Part shown: in pieces, positions 41,029 through 48,065 of the stretch
Numbering within the stretch: the stretch's first letter is position 1
Layout: each line of letters starts with the position of its first letter
Source of the DNA: Spirochaetia bacterium
GTDB lineage: Bacteria; Spirochaetota; Spirochaetia; SP-2023
Reading direction: 5' to 3'
DNA: 64,000 bases
Assembly: GCA_965225855.1 (NCBI GenBank)
Contig: CBDDCK010000005.1
Span: forward strand, 1,248,001-1,312,000
Notes under the pieces: generated by a model
What the model was told of the DNA's origin: nothing
The model's database searches: none
The model's input: the letters and a program-made list of their open reading frames with translations, nothing else
Position numbers and translations under genes: made by a program

Positions 41029-42124
41029 ATTGCGCTTTACGGTGTATGTCGGTGCACAAGCCCTTACGCATATCGACAATGTACGCATAGAGCGCAGCCT
41101 AGAAAACTTTGCTTACGGGTTTTCGTGTATTTTAATGCCAACTAATGTAGATTTTCAAGCTGGCGATAAAGTCCAAGTCTTTTGGGACGAGCAAAAACTT
41201 GGCAAGCACAAAGACCCTATATTTTGTGGCTATATCGACCATGTGAATTTACAGCTTTCGGGCAGTGGCTACAGTGCTACTTTCAGCGCAAGAAGTTATG
41301 CTTTGGATTTGATAGATTCGGTCGATTCGTTGCAAGGTATTGATGGCGAGATAAGCGATGTTGTCGAAAAAGTTTGCCAAAAATATTCTGTGCCGTTCAG
41401 CAATACCGCAGGCCAAAGTTTGGGCAAGGTGCGCTTTGCTTGTGAGAATGAAAGCCCGTTTCGCATTCTCAACGATTTGGCTAAGGCCAGAGGCGCAATG
41501 CTCATTACCAACGGTTGGGGGTCGCTAGAGTTAGCCAAAGTAAAAAGTGATATTCTCAATAACAACGAAGTTTTTGGCTTGAGTAACATAATAGACTTAG
41601 AATACACACAAGATTTGAGCCAGTGCTATCACAAGTACAAAGGCGTGATAGCCGCCACAGAATACCAAGAAACAGATAATCGCATACGCAAAAGCCGTGT
41701 GTTGCAAATTCCCACCGATGGCGAAAGTATTGGTTTATTGCGTTCTCAATTAAAGAATGAACGCAATCGGCGTTATGGTATGAGCCAAAAAATCAAGCTT
41801 AGTATCCAAGGTTGGCAAATTTCTAATGGTAAAACTCATTGGTACGAAAACAGCAATATCTTGATAGAAATGCCAGAATTGGGAATCCAGAAGCGCAGCT
41901 TTTTTGTGTATGCCGTAGCTTTGAGCTTATCTAAATACGGCGGTTATAGAGCAGAGCTATCGTGTTGCAACAAAGCAGCTTTTGACTTAAAAACACGTCC
42001 CAGCGAAAATTTAGCAGCCAAACCACAAACCAAACAAACTATGGTAACGATGAGTAATCTGGAAAAACAAAAGAATAACAACAAGCCTAAGTTTGATGGC
42101 AAAGGTCAGGTTCGTGGCTTATGA
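41018..42124 (+). CDS. Baseplate hub (Mu gpP-like)
   Basis: I.RSLE, GYID, RS...DLIDS, ESPF. Confidence 0.8.
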   Translation: MSLELRFTVYVGAQALTHIDNVRIERSLENFAYGFSCILMPTNVDFQAGDKVQVFWDEQKLGKHKDPIFCGYIDHVNLQLSGSGYSATFSARSYALDLIDSVDSLQGIDGEISDVVEKVCQKYSVPFSNTAGQSLGKVRFACENESPFRILNDLAKARGAMLITNGWGSLELAKVKSDILNNNEVFGLSNIIDLEYTQDLSQCYHKYKGVIAATEYQETDNRIRKSRVLQIPTDGESIGLLRSQLKNERNRRYGMSQKIKLSIQGWQISNGKTHWYENSNILIEMPELGIQKRSFFVYAVALSLSKYGGYRAELSCCNKAAFDLKTRPSENLAAKPQTKQTMVTMSNLEKQKNNNKPKFDGKGQVRGL

Positions 42125-42840
42125 AAGTTAGTGTCCACAAGGTCAGTCGCAGTAGTTTAGAAGAAAATTGTATCCAAACTCAAAACGGTAGTTTTAGCTG
42201 CGAGACCCAAGATTTACAGCCCTATGGTTTACAGCGTCATCTACCTACAGAATCTATGGCGGTGGTATTGCAATCTGATAACCAAAGCAGACGCTCTGGT
42301 ATTTTGGGCTATATCGAAAAACTGTATGAATTGAAAGAGGGCGAGGTGTTGTTGTACAGTGAGCACGGCCAAGTATTGTACTACAAAGACGATGGCAGTT
42401 TGCATTTAGAGGCTGCGGGCAAGCTTTCTCTACACAGCGATGAAGAAGACCTTTATAGCCTACTAAAAGACCTGTTAACGGCCATTAAAGGTTTGACCAC
42501 CGCAAAAATTGATACCGAAGTAAACGGGGGTTCAGTAGCTGTTCCGGGAGGCAGTAGTACGGTTGCTAAAGCAGAGGGAACCAACCCGGGAGTTGGGCTT
42601 TCGCAAAATAGCAGCCAAAAGTTAGACGAGATAGCCCAAAGGCTGGACAAATTATTACAAAAAGGCAAGAAGCCCGAAAGTGCCCAAAAGCAACAAGAGC
42701 AACAACAAAAACGAGAACAACAACAACAGAAGGTAGCACAAAATACCGAAGAGCAACAACAAAGCCAAAAAGACAAAGGCAAACAGGACAAAGCAAATAA
42801 AATTGGGGTATTTGAATTAGAGCTAGGAGCGCCTACATGA
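42121..42840 (+). CDS. Baseplate spike (Mu gp45-like) with Q-rich tail
   Basis: QPYG, LKEGEV.LY...G. Confidence 0.75.
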   Translation: MKVSVHKVSRSSLEENCIQTQNGSFSCETQDLQPYGLQRHLPTESMAVVLQSDNQSRRSGILGYIEKLYELKEGEVLLYSEHGQVLYYKDDGSLHLEAAGKLSLHSDEEDLYSLLKDLLTAIKGLTTAKIDTEVNGGSVAVPGGSSTVAKAEGTNPGVGLSQNSSQKLDEIAQRLDKLLQKGKKPESAQKQQEQQQKREQQQQKVAQNTEEQQQSQKDKGKQDKANKIGVFELELGAPT

Positions 42841-43787
42841 ATATACAAACTGGCAAAATACAAACCGATATAACCGATACCAAACTACAGCAATTGGTTA
42901 TGCAAACTTTGTTATCAGAAACAGAAACCAATTTTCGGCCAGAACTAAAAACTTTGCTAGAATCTGGGGCAGTAATACAAGGCATTATTAATGCAGAAGC
43001 GATGTTTTGGGAGCTGAACGATGATATGCCTTCGATTCCCGATGCTTGGGGGCGGGCTTTGTTTGCTATGGCTCTGCCCGTTCGTGGTATTGTGGAAATG
43101 GATAAAGTGGGCTGGATCGCCGCGGCTGGAGCGGCTGGAGTTAGTGCTGGAGTTAGTGCTGGAGTTAGTGCTGTTGCGGCAAAGTTTGGCCTAGCTCTGA
43201 CACTAGGTGTTCCAACAGGCTGGGTTGCATTGGCTTCAGCAGGGATTGGCATACTATTGGTTGAAGGGCTTTATGGTGGAATAGGGGCATTTTCCCCTAA
43301 TTTCAATAGCACAGTAGGACGGGGTCAGATAGGTCAAGCAAATTGGGACGAAGCCATACAAGATTATGGCTCTTATTTCTCTACATATTTAGATAAGGTT
43401 GTGCAGGCCATCGAGCTAAAAAAACAAATGAAGAAACAAATTGAGACATACAAGCTCAATGACCTAAGCGTAAAGTACAATCCAATGGATAAGAAAAACG
43501 TTAAAGTCTTAGAAAACTTTATGATTGGTGCTGTATTGCTAATGAAAACAAAACGGGCAGCCGAGCGCATAGCAGAAGGGCGCAGTGCTGAAGATGCCCT
43601 AAAGTATGGCATTGCGGCTTATCATGGTGTAGATATGAACGATGTAAACAAAAAGTTGGGGCGGGCAGGAGCTTTGACATTTCCAAGCGAAGCCGAATTT
43701 GCCAGCCTAGGAACAAAACGCAAACAGCATTATGACTACATTAATGAGGCGTTTACTTATGCTAAGTCTCGACTAAGCCCACACTAG
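42837..43787 (+). CDS. Protein with hydrophobic Gly/Ala segment and lytic transglycosylase-like C-terminus
   Basis: E...G.GQI, N...GA..L, IAAYHG, Y...  pattern resembling SLT. Confidence 0.5.
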   Translation: MNIQTGKIQTDITDTKLQQLVMQTLLSETETNFRPELKTLLESGAVIQGIINAEAMFWELNDDMPSIPDAWGRALFAMALPVRGIVEMDKVGWIAAAGAAGVSAGVSAGVSAVAAKFGLALTLGVPTGWVALASAGIGILLVEGLYGGIGAFSPNFNSTVGRGQIGQANWDEAIQDYGSYFSTYLDKVVQAIELKKQMKKQIETYKLNDLSVKYNPMDKKNVKVLENFMIGAVLLMKTKRAAERIAEGRSAEDALKYGIAAYHGVDMNDVNKKLGRAGALTFPSEAEFASLGTKRKQHYDYINEAFTYAKSRLSPH

Positions 43788-44011
43788 CCCAACAAGCCGA
43801 AATAGCCATACAAACGCAATTGGGCAATTGGTTTGCCGATGAGAATTTAGGCAGTGAATTACACCAAGCCAACCAATTAAAGAAAACCCGAGAAAACTAC
43901 CTAAAGCTGCGCCAAAGCCTATTAAAGGCCGTAGCGCATTTACCGGTAGAAGTAGAGACTTGGCAGGAAAATAGCGAGTTTCAATATAGAATAACCGAGG
44001 TAAGCCAATGA
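43759..44011 (+). CDS. Mu gp46-like baseplate wedge protein (start possibly frameshifted)
   Basis: W.AD..LGS.L motif; immediately before baseplate J. Confidence 0.55.
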
Positions 44012-44931
44012 ACTTCCCCACATTAGAGACTTTAGAACAGCGCAACCTAGCGCAAATAAAAACCCAATTCCCCGATTTAGAGAGTGAAGGCAAAGGCATT
44101 TTGGAAGTGATGGCACGAATGCACGCCAGCGCAATGCACTTGGACTTATGGTATGATCGACTACCATGCGCAGCAATTGTTTCCACAAACGGCCACGGGC
44201 AAGTTTTTGGACAATTTACTCACATGGCGGCCTTTGCTGCGCATGGTAGCTAAAAAGGCCAAAGGCACGGCTACTGTGGCGGGCAGTTTGGGCTCTGTTA
44301 TTCCAAAGGATAGCGTAATTAGCGCTGACAACGGCCAGCGATATAGTATCTTACAAGAAACTACTTTGAGTGCCCCAAATCAAATAATACAGGTGCAGGC
44401 CAAAGAGCCCGGAGCGGCCGGCAATGCAACCAATGAAAAAGCCAAATGGGAATCATCAATTAGCGGTATGTCGACCAAAGTTTTGGTTAGCGCCACAGGT
44501 GGCAGCAATAGCGAAAGCGATATTAGACCAAGTTACAAAGCAATATAATAACAATAGGTAACACGACATTATACCAATTGGTAAAGCAATATTAAACCAA
44601 GTTAGAAATTGATGTTAGAGCAAGGCGGATTAAGTCCATTATCCAGTTTAGAAAGGTATATGTTACCAAGGCGGAACACGGCCTTACACCAATGTGGAAA
44701 GATATATTGTAGCAAGCTAAAAGAAGCCTTTATTCCAGTATGGAAAGATATATTGTAACAAGTTGGATCAATAGATTGATCCAATGCGGAAAGCTGTATT
44801 ATAGCAAGGCTGATCAATAGATTGATCCAATGCGGAAAGCTATATTATAGCAATTGACATTACAAGCCACAGCTAGTAAAAGCAGCACCCAGCGCGAAAT
44901 CTTAACATTAGGAGCAATAACATGGGCTTAG
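44008..44931 (+). pseudogene. Baseplate J (gp47-like), frameshifted, with middle part occupied by 23-bp repeats
   Basis: FPTL, Q.FP.TA, G..GN, GG...ESD; C-terminus ILTLGAITWA resumes after 44853. Confidence 0.85.
44521..44853 (+). repeat. 23-bp periodic repeat array (~14.5 units)
   Basis: Gap-free 23-bp register with CAA/CAG at a fixed position; ends CCAATGCGGAAAGCTATATTATAGCAA. Confidence 0.9.
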
Positions 44932-45569
44932 ATGTGGCCAAACTTTTGGGTAGACATAGTGTAGCACAATACCGTGCTGCATTGCTAGCGTTATTGCCAC
45001 AAGGTAATCTTTGGCAAGATGAAAAGCAAGATAGCAACGGCCAGATATACCGCCTTTGCGAAGTTTGGGCACAAGAATACGCTAAGCTAGAGGATATTCT
45101 GTATAGTTTGCATGCCCAAACATCGCCACTAACAGCCAAAGAAATACAGCCTTGGGCACTAGCTACCGGTATCAGTTTGCTAGAAAGCAGGCAATTAGCG
45201 CAGCGAATAAAAATCTTAGTAACGTTGATAGGCAGCCAAGCTAGTACACAAGAGGGAATCACAGGTATAGGGAAAATGTTGGGTTATACACTCAAATTAG
45301 AGCGCAACAACAATACCAAAGCACAACAAAGAATCAAATTGCATTCGGCAAGTATGGGGTTTAAAGCGTTAAGCAGCGAAATTGCCACAGAAAAAGTAGC
45401 TAACTTAGGCCGTGTGCGTTGTGGCAAAAGGCTTTGGCCAAATCAATCGGCCATACATACCACAATAGCCGAAATGCCAAAGCACCAAAATATAAGAGCA
45501 GAAGTAAAACTACTAGAGGACTTGCTGCCAGCGCAGTGGAATATAGATACTCGTTATGAATCGTTATGA
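44922..45569 (+). CDS. Mu gp48-like baseplate protein
   Basis: Y..AL.ALLP.G..W and LLPA motifs. Confidence 0.75.
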   Translation: MGLDVAKLLGRHSVAQYRAALLALLPQGNLWQDEKQDSNGQIYRLCEVWAQEYAKLEDILYSLHAQTSPLTAKEIQPWALATGISLLESRQLAQRIKILVTLIGSQASTQEGITGIGKMLGYTLKLERNNNTKAQQRIKLHSASMGFKALSSEIATEKVANLGRVRCGKRLWPNQSAIHTTIAEMPKHQNIRAEVKLLEDLLPAQWNIDTRYESL

Positions 45570-45722
45570 ATCGGTTGATTCAAAAGGGCAACCAGTTGCC
45601 CTTTTGAAATGTTGTACCGGCACAACATTTGGTGGCAAGATAACAACAATTGCAAATTGTGTCAAGTGGTACTTCAAGTAGCTATTGGGTAAAATACCCA
45701 TTCTGGAAAGTAGAAAAAAATC

Positions 45723-45766
45723 GAGTTATCACGTCCGATGGCACAAAGTTATCGCGTCCTGCATCA
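45723..45766 (-). repeat. Prophage right end with two putative transposase-binding boxes
   Basis: Minus strand TGATGCAGGACGCGATAACTT...GGACGTGATAACTC; boundary supported by the second copy at 52912. Confidence 0.8.
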
Positions 45767-45990
45767 GATTGGTAAGGGCTTTAATGTTGATGCAAGCTGG
45801 AAAAATACGCCGCATTCTGTGGGCGATATAAAGCTCAATTAGATTAATTTTTGATGGGGCTACAGTAGCGGCGTAGTCTTTACAACAAGCACCACTGCAG
45901 GGTGTTATCAAAATATGGGCTACTTGAAGCCATTACTCGCCATTCACCCCTTACCCCCGCATTATTTTTTATATTTAATGAAGGTACCTG

Positions 45991-46333
45991 GTGGATAGAT
46001 GGCAGGTGGAGCGTAACTCCTAAAACTGCGAAAAACTTTTAGTTGCCAAAAAAGAAGAAGAGTTTGAACTCAGTGCTCCTGAGTTCGAAGAATTGGCATT
46101 GGCTGCGTAGCAGTCACGGGCTTTGGGAACTTTGCTTCAAGTTCTCGGTAGCTTGTTAGATTATGAAGCTTGCTGTTGTGTATCGCATTGTGACACACCG
46201 GGACTCTTAGCAATGCTGGTAGTAATGAAGCACGTTGGCTTGCCTTTATTGCTATGAGATTTGACAGCTGACTAAACCTGTAGAAGTTTATCTGTCTCCC
46301 TTTGGGACGCGGGTTCGATTCCCGCCACCTCCA
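45991..46333 (+). ncRNA. ssrA: tmRNA, apparently lacking its 5' acceptor strand
   Basis: Tag frame 46045-46110 AKKEEEFELSAPEFEELALAA*; T-arm GCGGG-TTCGATT-CCCGC followed by CACCTCCA. Confidence 0.85.
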
Positions 46334-46436
46334 TAATATAGAGGTTTCGGTTGTTCTACCGAGCCTATCCAGCCCATCTTTTGTTTATTCTTCCCATCTT
46401 GTGCTTCATCTTAGATTCCTCCGTCAAAGGAAATGT

Positions 46437-47180
46437 ATGCATGGGATTTTTATTACAGCAACCAACACAAATAGAGGAAAGACTCTAATTACAGCCGCCC
46501 TACGATTATGGTTGCAACAGCAAGGCCAAAACTGCCTAGCCATGAAGCCGGTACAAACCGGCATGGAACAACACCAAGTAAGTCCTGATCTATATAGCAT
46601 TTATGCTTTGGACTACCCAAACCCAAATCAACAACAAGTATATCAAGACTTGAAACCACTATTACCATTATTGCAACCATACTGCTATAGTCAACCTTGC
46701 TCACCTCACCTAGCAGCAGAAATTGACCATTTACCCAGCCCGGATATTGGCCATATACAAGATTGTGCGCAATCTTTAGTACAACAGAAACATTGTGATA
46801 TATTGCTAATAGAAGGTGCTGGAGGTTTATATGTTCCTCTCGATCGCAAAGCAAAAACAAATATGGCCAATCTAGCGAAAAGATTGGGCTTGCCCATATT
46901 GCTCGTGGCCCAAAGTGGCTTAGGTGCCATTAACGATACTTGTTTGAGTTTGACGGCTCTTAAACAAGTAGGGTTGCCTATTATTGGTTTTCTATTAAAC
47001 GATTTATCTTCAGAAGCGGGCCCGGAATATATCCGTGCCGATAACCCTAAAATTATTGAACAACTCACTGGCATAACCTACTTGGGTACCTTACCATACC
47101 TAGCAAACCCTAAAGACAAAAGCCAAATGCTAAACGCATTCCAAAACCTTAGCGGTTTAGAACAATTTTTGATCGGTTAG
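46437..47180 (+). CDS. bioD: Dethiobiotin synthase
   Basis: FIT.T.T..GKT, MKPVQTG, SPHLAA, EGAGG, LGAIN. Confidence 0.95.
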   Translation: MHGIFITATNTNRGKTLITAALRLWLQQQGQNCLAMKPVQTGMEQHQVSPDLYSIYALDYPNPNQQQVYQDLKPLLPLLQPYCYSQPCSPHLAAEIDHLPSPDIGHIQDCAQSLVQQKHCDILLIEGAGGLYVPLDRKAKTNMANLAKRLGLPILLVAQSGLGAINDTCLSLTALKQVGLPIIGFLLNDLSSEAGPEYIRADNPKIIEQLTGITYLGTLPYLANPKDKSQMLNAFQNLSGLEQFLIG

Positions 47181-47366
47181 CTCGATTGCTAGCGAGGGTA
47201 ATCTGCTGATATTTCTTTTAACCCCAAGCACCACCCCACCCCCCAAACCAACAAACCCAAAGCAACCACCCCAAAGCAACCACCCCAAAGCAACAAGCCG
47301 AAATAGCCATACAAACGCAATTGGGCAATTGGTTTGCCGATGAGAATCTACAAGTCATCGCCTGTC

Positions 47367-47595
47367 TTGCTACAATATAGCTTTCCGCATTGGTATAAAG
47401 TATTGTTCCGCCTTGGATCAAGGTCTTGTTCCGCATTGGTGCAATATAGCTTTCCGCATTGGTATAAAGTATTGTTCCGCATTGGAGTAATGCCTTACTC
47501 CGCATTGGTGCAATATAACTTTCCCACTTCGATCAAGGCCTTGATCCGCATTGGAGTAAGGTATTGATCGAAGGCGGAGAGATGTATCATAGCAA
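47367..47595 (-). repeat. 23-bp periodic repeat array (8+ units) with an inverted terminal unit
   Basis: TCCGCATTGG-like core ending at 47393, 47416 ... 47554. Confidence 0.9.
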
Positions 47596-48065
47596 GGCAC
47601 TAAAAACCATAAAAATAAGCAGGCCATAGACTTGCTAAAACCCAACAACATCGTAGAAAGCCAAAACTGGGACGACCTCAAATAGGGCCAGTATGCCGAT
47701 GCTTTGACCTTAGCCCACAGCGTCAATGCTGGCATTTTAGACGACTTGCACAATATCTGGCTATATATTGCGGGCCGATGACCCCAACTGCGATATATTG
47801 ATACCGCCCAATGGTTGGCATGGTTGGGTTGGCACGGTTGGCATGGTTGGCGTTGTGCTTGCTATCGCATAGCCTTAAGCCTTTTGATTGGCATGGATTT
47901 TGAACCACCTTACAACACTAACACACAAAAAAAGTGCCCAAACATAAAAAAACTTACAAAAAGCTTGTATAGGCCTTGACGCAACACCCCCCCTAGCAAA
48001 ATGGGGATTTACAGACTAGCCCGTATGGGTTGGTTAATCTTTATCCATTGTTGGAGGTATTGCTT

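Larger units (their letters stand above)
9678..45766 (+). mobile_element. Mu-like transposable prophage (~36 kb, contractile tail), probably defective
   Basis: DDE transposase plus AAA ATPase, GemA, Mor, Mu-type head and tail genes; TG...CA termini with repeated GATAAC boxes. Confidence 0.9.

Noticed and set aside
45991..46333. tmRNA as the prophage attachment site
   Set aside because: The phage has a DDE transposase, no integrase, and no att duplication at the left end
46334..46375. Permuted two-piece tmRNA with the 5' strand downstream (GAGGT)
   Set aside because: Only 5 bp pair, there is no G3-U70 and no TCGAC; better explained as a simple hairpin
46302..46436. N-terminal extension of BioD in the ORF track
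   Set aside because: Overlaps the tmRNA 3' end; the family motif begins at ATG 46437
44521..47595. 23-bp arrays as CRISPR or TIGR arrays
   Set aside because: Units are too short, variable parts are reused and related to each other, and no cas or Nop-domain gene is in the window
47218..47908. Short ORFs over the repeat and remnant region
   Set aside because: Products simply mirror the 23-bp and simple repeats; no RBS or family motifs
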